DNA of 62,808 nucleotides from a virus. The stretch lies in IMG/VR virus record IMGVR_UViG_3300045988_163888, positions 1 to 62,808 of that record, one strand, 5' to 3'. The notes beneath the pieces were generated by a model. It was given only the letters and a program-made list of their open reading frames with translations, was not told the DNA's origin and made no database searches. Each line of letters opens with the position of its first letter. Positions within the stretch are counted from its first letter, which is position 1. A program made the translations under genes and the position numbers. Shown in pieces: positions 53,951-62,808 of the stretch.

Positions 53951-54008
53951 GCCCTTTCCGGATATTGGTGGTTTTATGATTGACTAGTCGCTTCAAAACA
54001 GGGGAAAC

Positions 54009-54017
54009 TTGTCAACC
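54009..54017 (-). promoter_or_regulatory. conserved late element copy 7
   Basis: GGGGAAACTTGTCAACC, 59 nt upstream of ATG 53950. Confidence 0.5.
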
Positions 54018-54028
54018 AGCGAAGGCGG

Positions 54029-55150
54029 TTACTGGTTTTCTTGTTGAGTTATCGCCGGGTAACACTTTGGGAATTTTTTATGCAATCTTTTAACCATGTA
54101 CGAAGCCCATTCCTCCCGTTCTTCTTCCGGTACATAATCGTAAGAAAAATGTCCTTCAGGAGGGAGAACAAAAAGTCGACAATCTTCAACCATCCATCCG
54201 GCGGAAGTGTGCTGATTTGTGATATTTTTAAATGCTTCCGGATTTTTGCATATATAAAACTGGTCTGTTCCGATGAGTGGTGAATGATATTCCCCCTGAA
54301 CCGGACCGGAATCAAAGAATACATTCCATTTATTCGCAAAATCTGCGACACCAAGCCCGTCGAACTCGAAAGAATTTCTTGTAAAACCTATCAAGATAAG
54401 ACGATATGGAGCCTCGAATTCCGGTTTATAATTTATCTTAAGCTGGACATTATCTGTTCGAGTTGCCCTAATATCCTTGTAATTACCGTCCCACGTAATA
54501 GTCTGCCAGTTGCCGAAATTGACGTCATAATTATTGTAAAATTCTCCATAGTCTCCAGTTGGGGTTACGCCATTGTGATTAGTATAAACTTTACTGACGG
54601 TATCGCAAGACGCCCTCCCCGGCGTCATTATACCGTTGTAAAGAGCGTAAAGGTCGCAAAGTTCGTGGAATATCACTCCTGACGGTGTGGGATAACCCAA
54701 CAAATGATATAATCTATCTGTATTTATCGTGTCCCAAGACCACGGTGTTACATTTATATGTGGCAAAGATTTATACTCTGCACCATGTACCCCAATGTAA
54801 CGTTTTGTCTTTTCCAATTCACTGTAATCCGGAACAAACGGTGTTGCATACACTTGATTAACTGGATAGTCTTTTGCCATATTAAATAGCAAAAAATCCC
54901 TTCTTAACATTTCGTCTATAATATGGTTATGGTCAGCAATAAGCCAACCTTTTTTTATTTTTAATAAATCCTTAAGTTTCTTATACTTATAGGCTTCTTC
55001 CTGTGCAGATGTAAATTGTTTTCCTGGCCACAAGAATATGTAGTGGTCTTCTCTCATCTTGTCAATAAAATCAAGCCACTCTAACCAACTGTGCGAAGCA
55101 AGATAACGGTTAAAGCGAGTCAGCTTAAACTCTTTTTCAGTTTCGCTCAT
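54029..55150 (-). CDS. hypothetical tail protein, AT-rich (about 40 percent GC)
   Basis: 373 aa ORF with distinctly lower GC than flanking genes. Confidence 0.45.
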   Translation of the reverse strand: MSETEKEFKLTRFNRYLASHSWLEWLDFIDKMREDHYIFLWPGKQFTSAQEEAYKYKKLKDLLKIKKGWLIADHNHIIDEMLRRDFLLFNMAKDYPVNQVYATPFVPDYSELEKTKRYIGVHGAEYKSLPHINVTPWSWDTINTDRLYHLLGYPTPSGVIFHELCDLYALYNGIMTPGRASCDTVSKVYTNHNGVTPTGDYGEFYNNYDVNFGNWQTITWDGNYKDIRATRTDNVQLKINYKPEFEAPYRLILIGFTRNSFEFDGLGVADFANKWNVFFDSGPVQGEYHSPLIGTDQFYICKNPEAFKNITNQHTSAGWMVEDCRLFVLPPEGHFSYDYVPEEEREEWASYMVKRLHKKFPKCYPAITQQENQ

Positions 55151-56592
55151 TTAGAATTATCCTCTTCTTTATCTGTGACATCATACAGTCTATCAGTAAT
55201 AACAAGCGGTCCGTAATAGTGAGCTTGATGAGCCTTCCCATTGTTTACATATCCAATAAGCCACCAATAAGGGAACTCTTCGTTTTTTGCATCTTCTTCT
55301 GTTTGTTTTGTGGGTTCATCAGTATCTTTTAGATAATATTCGCTATTTATGTTGCTTTGCCCTATTCCAACCCTCAACCAAATGTATTTATTTTTGGATG
55401 ATTCATTTATTTTAGCTTTGTATGTCGACGGTTTTCTAACAAGCACTCCTCCCCACAAAACCCGCCCAGCATATTTTGCATTATCATACAAACCGTTCGT
55501 AACCACAATGTTTGTTGCCGTAACTTTGCCTTCCTCGTCTCTTTCTGTCGATTCAACCCGAAGCGCGAACTCTCCATCATAAGGCGGTTTTTCTCCTACA
55601 ATATATATATCACCGCTTACAAGCTGATATAAAACAGGGCTTTCATTATCGTCACCGTTGAACCAAGAGTAACTATTGAACATTCCTACAATGCCAAAAA
55701 AATAGCAATTTTCATCAAGTAGCTTTCTTGTTAAGTCGTCATATGTAGAAAAACGAATAAAAGTTCCTACATTTGAAGTCTTATCAATAGAAAGGACTAT
55801 ATATTTTTGAGCACCACTTAAAAAAATTCTCCCGCCATACGATCCTAACGGCTCGTTGTTAACATAAACTTTACCTGGTTTTATATCTATAATAATATCC
55901 CCTTCGCCTCTTTCTATTGTCATACGCCCGAGTTTATCGTTTATTTTAAACCGATCTTCGTAGCCTGTTCCTAACGTCTCAATTCTTGCAGAAAAAGGTC
56001 CAGAATAATAATTATAAACGACTTCTTTTGCGGAACTCAAAAATTGATTAATTCTGGAAACAAAGTTAGTGTTTCCAGATTCATCAACAGTCAAATCCCC
56101 CTTAATCTCTGCGACATGTATAAAAAAGTCTTCATATTGATCCTTTGGGACGCTTCCAATGGTAAATTCTGAAGTCAAAATACAATAATACACAGGAAGC
56201 CCAATTCGAATTTTAGAGACATCAATCCTTAATCTATCTATCAACTTGTTTCCGTTGTAGTTATAATAGGCAAAAAATTCTTTTCTCCGCTTCGTATACG
56301 ATGTATCCGCATAAAAAATTCCTACAACTCCCTTATACATATCACCTTCCAGCACAGATTCCCGCCCCTGCCAAGTGATATCAAGATACCAGTTATTTTT
56401 ATCTTCTTCTGTTGCCTCGGCGTTCTGGAAACGTGTTACAGAGCATTGCCACATACCACCTTCAGCCGCTTGCCTCCTCGTGCTCACATTTTGCACCTTA
56501 TTTCCCGTGGGAACGTGGGAACGGCGCGGAACGGCGGTTAAAATTCTGTCACGCTCCGGCGTGCGCTTGTATACTTGTACGCTGTCAGCCAT
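55147..56592 (-). CDS. hypothetical tail protein, AT-rich
   Basis: 481 aa ORF, low GC. Confidence 0.45.
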   Translation of the reverse strand: MADSVQVYKRTPERDRILTAVPRRSHVPTGNKVQNVSTRRQAAEGGMWQCSVTRFQNAEATEEDKNNWYLDITWQGRESVLEGDMYKGVVGIFYADTSYTKRRKEFFAYYNYNGNKLIDRLRIDVSKIRIGLPVYYCILTSEFTIGSVPKDQYEDFFIHVAEIKGDLTVDESGNTNFVSRINQFLSSAKEVVYNYYSGPFSARIETLGTGYEDRFKINDKLGRMTIERGEGDIIIDIKPGKVYVNNEPLGSYGGRIFLSGAQKYIVLSIDKTSNVGTFIRFSTYDDLTRKLLDENCYFFGIVGMFNSYSWFNGDDNESPVLYQLVSGDIYIVGEKPPYDGEFALRVESTERDEEGKVTATNIVVTNGLYDNAKYAGRVLWGGVLVRKPSTYKAKINESSKNKYIWLRVGIGQSNINSEYYLKDTDEPTKQTEEDAKNEEFPYWWLIGYVNNGKAHQAHYYGPLVITDRLYDVTDKEEDNSK

Positions 56593-56610
56593 GATGATTT
56601 CCTCGCTTTC

Positions 56611-57672
56611 TCACTTTTTCGGGAACGACAATGCCGACCAGTCTTTAGATTCAAAATCCTTGTAGCATAGCCAGTTATGGATAACTTTTCCGTTCGCATC
56701 CGGAAGTTCCGGCGTGCCGTCCATTTTCAGCCAAACGGGCTCCGATACCTCTTCAACGCCGTTCTGATTGGAGGCGACCTTAAAACATTCTTCATACGAG
56801 CCAAAAAAGGGATCTGAATTCGTCTTTTTGCACTGGTGTATACGTACAGTCTGCTTTTTACTGCCAGAGCCTACAACCATACGCGTTGACCGATTACCTA
56901 CAACCGTTGCAAAACCGCTAAGTTGCCCCCTCCCGAGCTCCACCCACGAACCGCCGGAATACTTGTAAAACTTTTCGTATTTATCGTAGTTTACGTCGAC
57001 CCACGGAACGCCCTCAAGCTCAATTGAGACGTTGTAGTAGTTCCACTTTTCCTTGCCTTTATCGTCCGTGGTCTTTACGTTCGTTCCAGAAAGGTCCCGA
57101 ATTCGCCACATACCCGCGCGGAGCTTGAATTTCTCCCCGAACCGCATTTCCTTTTCGTTGACCGTTCCGCTGTACTTCTCAATCCAGCCCGCGTCAAACT
57201 TCTGCACAGCATAGGTTGCACGCAAGATAACATGCCTTTCGTCATGCACCACCTCGATTCCCGTTCCGGACGTGGATTCAACAGGCGCTCCCGTGACATC
57301 ACGCAACATAGGCTTTGCAATGACTTCGACCGACGTAGACAGGGACGAGAAACCGAGTTCCCACGGCTTCTTTTCCCCGTTTGTATCACTAATACTATCA
57401 TCGCAAGAGTATTTGACTGTAACAACGGCGTTCTTTCCATCAGCCTCTTTCCGGACAGACTTTTCGCCTGTAGCCTTAAAAAGCGAGTTATTAGGATGTG
57501 CCGCGCCCTTTACAGGGATTTGAGGAGCAGACGCGTTCTTGTACAGGCGTTCCAGCTTGCCATAGTCCGCGCCTGTAAGCTCAAACACAAGCTCGCGCGT
57601 CAAAGTCGTAGTCCCGTTCGTGTCCGTGCTCCATGTGTCGCCGTCAACTGCGTACTTGTAGGTGATAGCCAT
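56611..57672 (-). CDS. distal tail protein (Dit-like, putative)
   Basis: first structural ORF after tape measure block. Confidence 0.4.
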   Translation of the reverse strand: MAITYKYAVDGDTWSTDTNGTTTLTRELVFELTGADYGKLERLYKNASAPQIPVKGAAHPNNSLFKATGEKSVRKEADGKNAVVTVKYSCDDSISDTNGEKKPWELGFSSLSTSVEVIAKPMLRDVTGAPVESTSGTGIEVVHDERHVILRATYAVQKFDAGWIEKYSGTVNEKEMRFGEKFKLRAGMWRIRDLSGTNVKTTDDKGKEKWNYYNVSIELEGVPWVDVNYDKYEKFYKYSGGSWVELGRGQLSGFATVVGNRSTRMVVGSGSKKQTVRIHQCKKTNSDPFFGSYEECFKVASNQNGVEEVSEPVWLKMDGTPELPDANGKVIHNWLCYKDFESKDWSALSFPKK

Positions 57673-57680
57673 GGTACCGA

Positions 57681-58154
57681 TTAATCCCCTGTATAGCCGT
57701 TTTCTTTCGCGATTTTAAGCAACTCGTCATACACGCTGATGCGGTATGCAACCTCTTCCATGCCGAGCACAGAAATTAGCGTTTCCACATATTCTTTTGC
57801 GATTTCCTCGCGTTGCATGTACTTTTCATACTCAAGCAAAATTCGCCGGATTTTTTTGCCGCGTTCGTTGCGTTCCAGCGACGCAAAATGCTTGGCAACG
57901 TCAAGAGTGATGTAATACTCTGTAGGAGCAAATCGACCGCGATTTTCAACGTTTACGAGCTTTTCTGAGGTGTAATCTCTCTCTGCTTCAAAGTAAGAGA
58001 TTCTGTCTTTAATCCAGTTCGCAAATTCCTGCTTGCTCCCCAGCGCTTTCCAAAGTTCGCGGGCGTTCAAAGATGCCTGTTCTTCCCCGTCAAAAATTCG
58101 CCCCTCAATCGCAAGGCAAGCCATTTCTTTTTTCGCGTCTTTCTCCATGTGCAA
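57681..58154 (-). CDS. AntA/AntB-type antirepressor-like domain protein
   Basis: NARELWKALGSKQEFANWIKDRI...FEAERDY matches AntA pattern (sarELhefLgv..fs.WIk.RI). Confidence 0.5.
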   Translation of the reverse strand: MHMEKDAKKEMACLAIEGRIFDGEEQASLNARELWKALGSKQEFANWIKDRISYFEAERDYTSEKLVNVENRGRFAPTEYYITLDVAKHFASLERNERGKKIRRILLEYEKYMQREEIAKEYVETLISVLGMEEVAYRISVYDELLKIAKENGYTGD

Positions 58155-58195
58155 TCCTCCTTAAAGTCGAAGTCGTTGTTACACTATAGCAAAAC

Positions 58196-58204
58196 TTGTC
58201 AACC
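58196..58204 (-). promoter_or_regulatory. conserved late element copy 8
   Basis: CACTATAGCAAAACTTGTCAACC, 44 nt upstream of ATG 58154. Confidence 0.5.
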
Positions 58205-58281
58205 TACTGGCAAAAACAGTTTTCTGATTTTTGGTACAAAATGCGCGGAATTTTAAAACCGCGCATTCGTGCCAAAAAATG

Positions 58282-61200
58282 TCAAAAAAGCGCAACCGTT
58301 TGTCCCGTACTAGCCTCCGGCGTTTTCGCTATCTTGTCCGTAATTACAGTTAGGTATTTTTCGATTTTCGGAAGCGAATCAATCAGCTTCTTGTTTGCGT
58401 TCTGCTCGAGCATCTGAACAGTTTTATTCCCGCCGCTTTCCGAGCTTTTCCGCTGTTCGCTGTACGAGATTACTGCTTCATTTTGCGCGTTTTTTGCCAC
58501 CTCCACAGCTTTTGCAAAAGCTTCAACAGCGGCGTTGCTTGCAATCTGTTTAGCTTCTTTCGTGCGCTCCGCTTCAGGGTCAACCATAACAGCTTCAAGT
58601 GCTTTGTCAAAGTAAGGCGTTAATTTTTGCTCTTCAGGGGTGTAAGACTTTGTATAGTCCACTTCCTCAACTCTTTTTTGCGTAGGAGTAACATGCGCTT
58701 TAATCTGCTCTTTGATAGCCTCTTTCACCGTCTGCTTTGCGGTATTTGTCTGCAATTTGTCATAATCCCCGTTTTTTACGTCTGTGGACCAGAGCGGAGT
58801 AGTCAAAAACTCCTTTACCATTGGCAAATACTCGTTAATCGTCTTGTACGACTTGTTGCGTTCTTGCCTATTGTCGCCGTCTTTGTCGTAAACCTTGTTT
58901 TGCTCCCTGTATGCCTCCATTGTGCCATAATGCAACGCCGCCGAACTTGTAACCGACCAGCCGGAACGCCGATTGCCGCTCATCATTTCATCAATTTCTT
59001 GCGCCCCCTGTTTATATTTTTCTGCCGCCGTGTTAAATGCCTGAATATCAGATTCTCCAATAGCCGCCTCCATTTCAGACTTATAAACTGCTTGCCGCTG
59101 CTTCATCAAGTCGATTTGCTCTTTGAGGCTTTTTGCGTTATGCATGTTCATATCAAACTGCATTTCAGAATACAGCTTCAAGTCATTTCGCCGTTCTTTG
59201 CTGATAACTTTTTCCTGCCGCTGGAGGTCGATAAGCTTGCTTTCTTCTTTCAGACGTTTTGCCTCCCAGCTTTCCGTCTGTCCCGGCTCAAGCGCAACAC
59301 CAGCAATCGCGTTTTGACGATATTCCGTAATCTTGCTCTTTTGTGTGCTAATCCGGTCTTGGATTGCCGCCATCTTGTCAGCAGATGATTCAAGGCTGTC
59401 GAACTTGTACATCTCCTGCTTCAGCTTCAACTGCTCTTTCAGCCGCATTTCCTGCTTGGCAAATTCAATCGTTTTTTGAGCGGCATTTTCACCTTCGCTA
59501 TCATCAAGTGCTTTGAGCTGTTCTCTGATTGCTTTAATACGCGCAATATTCGCATCTTGCTTCGATGATATAGCTTCAAGTTCCCGAGCTTTCTCTTTGA
59601 GCAATTCAGTTCGTTCCTCAAGCTCTTTGAGAGGTCTAAAATTCCACATATTGCCCAAATTCGCCACACTCTCCTTAAAATCAAGCCACAGGCTGCGCGT
59701 GAGACTTACATCCTTTTCCTTTATTTTTTTGTCCATTTTGTTGGAAAGCCCTTTAGCAACCGCCTGTTCTGACTTCAATTGCGCTTCAAGGTTTGCTTTT
59801 ACCGCCTGTTTTCGCTTTTCATTCAGCCTGTTTTGCGCATCTGCCGCAAGCGTAAGCTTCCCCGTGTTTTCGTCGTATACCGCACCAAGGTCAATGTTTG
59901 CTTTTTTTAGGCTTTCAATAATCTCAATTGCCGCTTTTCGCCCGCGATTAGTCAATTGCTCTTCTTTGCTTAGAGCGGAAAGGACTTCGAGATTCTTCTG
60001 ATACGTTGCAAAGGTTGATTTCATCGTGCGCTCTCTCTCGCGCAATGTTTCAAGTTGCCGCATATCCGCATCGATATTTTTTTGTGCCGTCTCTACAGCC
60101 CTAGCTCCCGATATGTCAAACTCATCATAAATCGCTTTTACCGCCTCAAATCCAATCAAGCCAAGCCCGACCGGACCGAGAAAATCAAGTCCCATCCCGA
60201 TTCCTCGCCCGATTTTCCCGATTCCGGTTTTAAATCCATTTGTTGCCCTTTGTGCAAGCGTGAGTTTAACCGCCGTATTCTGTGCTGACACTCCGACTTT
60301 GTCAATCGCCGCGCCTCCAGCTTTTGCCGCAAAAGTTGCGTTCTGTAAAGCGAGTTTTTGCTTTTCAACAGCTCTTCCAGCCGCCGCAAGCGCATCATCA
60401 GCCTTATTCAGAGCATCCGTAGCCTTGTTGACATATGGCGTAAAACCTTTGTAATGCTCTTTTAACTCCTTGATTTTAGTCAGTTGTTCCCCGTATCGGA
60501 GCGGGTCTTCCGCTCTGTCAATCCCGCCAAGTGCCGCCCGAGCCGCGTTGAGATTCGCCAATGCTGTATCCTGAGCTCGATACCATCCACGCGCCTCGCG
60601 CCTTGCTCCTTCGTAATGGACTTTAGCGGCACTAAGCTTGTCTTCCTTGTCTTTAAGGATTAGCTCTTCTTTTTTTACTGCATTCTGTAACTGGAGAGCT
60701 TTTGTCTCAGCTTTCACCGCCGCCGTTTCGCCAGCCCTCGCCCGCACAGATTCAGTCTTTTTCCCCACACCGTCAGCCGTGAGTTTGTTGTTCAACGCTT
60801 GCGCAATGTTCAACGCCCCAGCCGCCGTTCTCCATGCTCCCATACCAGCAACAATCGCGCCCGTTTTTACGATAAATTCTTGCGTAGTCGGGTTGAGTTC
60901 GTTGAATGTTTTCGCCAGATCCCGAACGACATTAACGCCCGTTTTTACATCATCGGCAAAATATTTCCCGACGTTCTCGCGCAAAGCCTGGATTTCACTT
61001 CCGGCGCGTTTCATCGCATTTGCCATCGTATCCATTGTCGCCGCGCCTGAAGCGTTCGCCGCCTGTTTTTCGATGATTTGAATCGTAGCTATAGCCTTAG
61101 CCATGCTTTCAGTATAGCCATGCGAATTCATCAAGCTTTTAGTCAAACTCTGAAAATCTTTCGAGTTTTGGCGTATAACGATACCGAGCATTTTCGCCCG

Positions 61201-61686
61201 TTCCGTCTCTCCGAACATCGCCTGAGTTAACGCCATAGTCGCCCCTTCAGCTCCTCCGGCGTAACCGCGATATGCCGCCAAGTCCGCGCCGATACGCGCC
61301 AAAGACGTGGAGAGCTTCAGCGCTTCCGACTGTGTAAAGCCGAATCCAGTCAATAGATTTCCAGTCATTCCAAGCATTTTTTGTGCTTGTCCAGTCGTAA
61401 GATGCATCTCAGAGCGGAATTGCTCAAGTGCTTTTTTTGCGGTTATTGCATTATCGCGATATACCGCCGCGAATACGCGCGAACTGTTTTCAAGGGCTGT
61501 ATAAGACGCAATGGAGGACTTCACAAAACGAGCAACAGCCGCAGTCGAAAACGCTCCGGCAATGGTTTTCTTGAACCTTTCCGCTGTCTTTCTTCCGCGC
61601 TCCATTTCTCCGGAAAACTTTTTCACACCGGAAATAGCGTCGTTCGTTTTACACTCAATCGCAAGCGTAGTGATGTCAGTAGGCAT
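58282..61686 (-). CDS. tail tape measure protein
   Basis: 1134 aa, long alpha-helical/coiled-coil, directly downstream of G/GT. Confidence 0.8.
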   Translation of the reverse strand: MPTDITTLAIECKTNDAISGVKKFSGEMERGRKTAERFKKTIAGAFSTAAVARFVKSSIASYTALENSSRVFAAVYRDNAITAKKALEQFRSEMHLTTGQAQKMLGMTGNLLTGFGFTQSEALKLSTSLARIGADLAAYRGYAGGAEGATMALTQAMFGETERAKMLGIVIRQNSKDFQSLTKSLMNSHGYTESMAKAIATIQIIEKQAANASGAATMDTMANAMKRAGSEIQALRENVGKYFADDVKTGVNVVRDLAKTFNELNPTTQEFIVKTGAIVAGMGAWRTAAGALNIAQALNNKLTADGVGKKTESVRARAGETAAVKAETKALQLQNAVKKEELILKDKEDKLSAAKVHYEGARREARGWYRAQDTALANLNAARAALGGIDRAEDPLRYGEQLTKIKELKEHYKGFTPYVNKATDALNKADDALAAAGRAVEKQKLALQNATFAAKAGGAAIDKVGVSAQNTAVKLTLAQRATNGFKTGIGKIGRGIGMGLDFLGPVGLGLIGFEAVKAIYDEFDISGARAVETAQKNIDADMRQLETLRERERTMKSTFATYQKNLEVLSALSKEEQLTNRGRKAAIEIIESLKKANIDLGAVYDENTGKLTLAADAQNRLNEKRKQAVKANLEAQLKSEQAVAKGLSNKMDKKIKEKDVSLTRSLWLDFKESVANLGNMWNFRPLKELEERTELLKEKARELEAISSKQDANIARIKAIREQLKALDDSEGENAAQKTIEFAKQEMRLKEQLKLKQEMYKFDSLESSADKMAAIQDRISTQKSKITEYRQNAIAGVALEPGQTESWEAKRLKEESKLIDLQRQEKVISKERRNDLKLYSEMQFDMNMHNAKSLKEQIDLMKQRQAVYKSEMEAAIGESDIQAFNTAAEKYKQGAQEIDEMMSGNRRSGWSVTSSAALHYGTMEAYREQNKVYDKDGDNRQERNKSYKTINEYLPMVKEFLTTPLWSTDVKNGDYDKLQTNTAKQTVKEAIKEQIKAHVTPTQKRVEEVDYTKSYTPEEQKLTPYFDKALEAVMVDPEAERTKEAKQIASNAAVEAFAKAVEVAKNAQNEAVISYSEQRKSSESGGNKTVQMLEQNANKKLIDSLPKIEKYLTVITDKIAKTPEASTGQTVALF

Positions 61687-61720
61687 TTCAAATCTCCTCA
61701 GTTATTTTTAAAAGGGCAAA

Positions 61721-61729
61721 TTGTCAACT
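61721..61729 (-). promoter_or_regulatory. conserved late element copy 9 (TTGTCAACT variant)
   Basis: GGGCAAATTGTCAACTT, 35 nt upstream of ATG 61686. Confidence 0.45.
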
Positions 61730-61757
61730 TGCAAATATTCTCTGAACGTGCTATTTT
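61729..61757 (+). promoter_or_regulatory. promoter TTGCAA-N17-TATTTT for plus-strand moron
   Basis: hexamers 33 nt upstream of ATG 61790, overlapping late element copy 9. Confidence 0.4.
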
Positions 61758-61789
61758 AAAATAACCAACCAATAAAAAGGATAGAGAAA

Positions 61790-62197
61790 ATGATTAAAAT
61801 TTCATGCCCTCATTGTGGGCAAGGATATGACTGCGACGATGAATTCAACGGGGAAACAATCACTTGCCAAAAATGCTCAAAGAAATTCGAGATTTCAAAT
61901 AAAAAGCCCGTTCACACTCCGGAATCGAAAGAACAGCAAAAAAATATTGAACATCAGCCGCAACAAGCCATACAAGAACAAAATTTTTCAACAAAATGTC
62001 CGTTCTGTCTTTCGGAAATACCGTTCGGCGCGAAAAGATGCCGTCATTGTGGCACATGGATAAGCGGAATGGCATTAACCGATAGGATATTTTCAATTAT
62101 CATAAAAATACTATTTGCGTCATTTATAATAGCTATTATTGCCTTTTTTGCATCTGCAATTACAGTAGCAGTGATTCAAGCTATTTTTGATAAATAA
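61790..62197 (+). CDS. double zinc-ribbon, C-terminally membrane-anchored protein (moron between G/GT and tape measure)
   Basis: CPHCGQ...CQKCSK and CPFCLS...CRHCGTW then TM helix IIIKILFASFIIAIIAFFASAITVAVI; opposite strand to all flanking tail genes. Confidence 0.55.
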   Translation: MIKISCPHCGQGYDCDDEFNGETITCQKCSKKFEISNKKPVHTPESKEQQKNIEHQPQQAIQEQNFSTKCPFCLSEIPFGAKRCRHCGTWISGMALTDRIFSIIIKILFASFIIAIIAFFASAITVAVIQAIFDK

Positions 62198-62273
62198 AAA
62201 AGCGAGGAGCGCAACGAGGGGGAGCGCTCCCCGCTACTCTTCTTCATAAGGGGGAGAAGAGCATTGTAATATA
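62198..62273. terminator. bidirectional terminator between convergent moron and GT genes
   Basis: palindrome GGGGAGCGCTCCCC and CTCTTCT-N11-AGAAGAG; minus-strand RNA has GAGCGC/GCGCTC stem followed by CUCGCUUUUUUAUUU. Confidence 0.5.
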
Positions 62274-62808
62274 TCACAAGTCTTCTTCGATTTCAACCCA
62301 CTCCTCGAGCTGCTTTACTGTCTTTTTGCCTGTCAGAACAGCTTCAACGCGCTCCTTCCGTTCCGCGTCGGAATATTCGTCCGCACGTTTTTTCCGGTGT
62401 GTCTTGATAAATTTCCTGCGCTCCGCAATCACGGAAGGCAAGTTGCGCTCATCAAACATCTTGTTAGTGTATTCCGCACGTGACAGGTTATCAATGTCAA
62501 TAAGCATGGTGCGCAAATCCAGCCCTAACATGTACATGTCGCTGTAAAGAGTGCCGACCTGCTTCAGCAGGCAGTCTTTCTCCTTGATTTCCAGCTCTTT
62601 TTCACAAAAAGACGCCGCCCTCAGCCAGATAACATCACGGACCGAGAGCGGCTTTTTAAGGATACTCAAATCCTTGTATTCAGAGGCGAGTAAAATCAGT
62701 TCGGCGTATTCGTCTCCGTCACCGCCGTTCCGGATTTTTTTTTTGCCTCCTCACGTTCTGCCTTGACCTTCGCGGAATACTCATGGTTAAATTCCCACAC
62801 CGCCTGAG
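62274..62808 (-). CDS. tail assembly chaperone GT: 3' end of G plus -1 frame C-terminal extension (window 62734..62808 duplicates 1..75)
   Basis: -1 frame opens exactly at the A10 run (TGA immediately upstream in that frame), has no independent start codon, and ends at 62274 just upstream of the tape measure gene; classic G/GT architecture. Confidence 0.7.
62734..62808. repeat. 75-bp terminal redundancy of the window (identical to 1..75), i.e. circular closure point
   Basis: exact sequence identity of both window ends. Confidence 0.95.

Overview
The window is a complete, circularly closed temperate siphovirus-type phage genome of about 62.7 kb. Window positions 1..75 are identical to 62734..62808, so the true circle is about 62,733 bp. 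The assembly junction falls inside the poly-A slippery run of the tail-assembly-chaperone G/GT frameshift site. Strong AGGAGG-type ribosome binding sites point to a Firmicutes-like host. About 90 percent of genes sit on the minus strand in one long transcriptional circuit. That circuit starts at a divergent repressor/Cro-like switch (~34.9-35.0 kb) and runs through: early genes (Bro-N/KilAC antirepressor, RecT plus PD-(D/E)XK exonuclease, DnaD-like initiator plus DnaC-like loader, C5 cytosine methyltransferase, many Zn-ribbon proteins, ThyX, dUTPase, SSB); a sigma-70 region-4-like regulator; a PAPS-reductase/ParB-like pair; TerS; TerL interrupted by a class-3-like intein carrying a LAGLIDADG homing endonuclease; portal; SPP1 gp7-like head protein; scaffold; capsid; neck proteins; major tail protein; G/GT chaperones; tape measure; distal tail proteins; a 1274-aa collagen-like fibre; and a tandem LamG protein. 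The plus strand carries: the tyrosine integrase, next to an attP whose core is the 3' end of a tRNA and which is flanked by GTATGTAAC arm repeats; the XRE-type repressor; a four-gene island at 13.2-14.4 kb; a Zn-ribbon membrane moron between G/GT and tape measure; and an accessory cassette at 39.1-43.6 kb. That cassette encodes a Gly/Cys-rich membrane protein, a retropepsin-like aspartic protease, a small acidic protein, an HTH protein, and a pentapeptide-repeat protein built from near-perfect 15-bp tandem repeats. Observations worth a second look are: (1) a conserved 13-bp element (GGTTGACAAGTTT on the coding strand) found 9 times upstream of late genes, beginning right after the sigma-like regulator gene; (2) an acr/aca-like small-acidic + HTH + pentapeptide-repeat (DNA-mimic-like) cassette; (3) the Gly-rich protein plus retropepsin pair; (4) a dnaX-type A_AAA_AAG -1 frameshift site that splits a small early gene; (5) the Ala1/W-C-T intein in TerL; (6) iteron-rich and hairpin-rich noncoding regions upstream of terS and of the antirepressor gene; and (7) AT-rich mosaic tail genes. 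No canonical endolysin or holin was recognised. No CRISPR array or rRNA is present.
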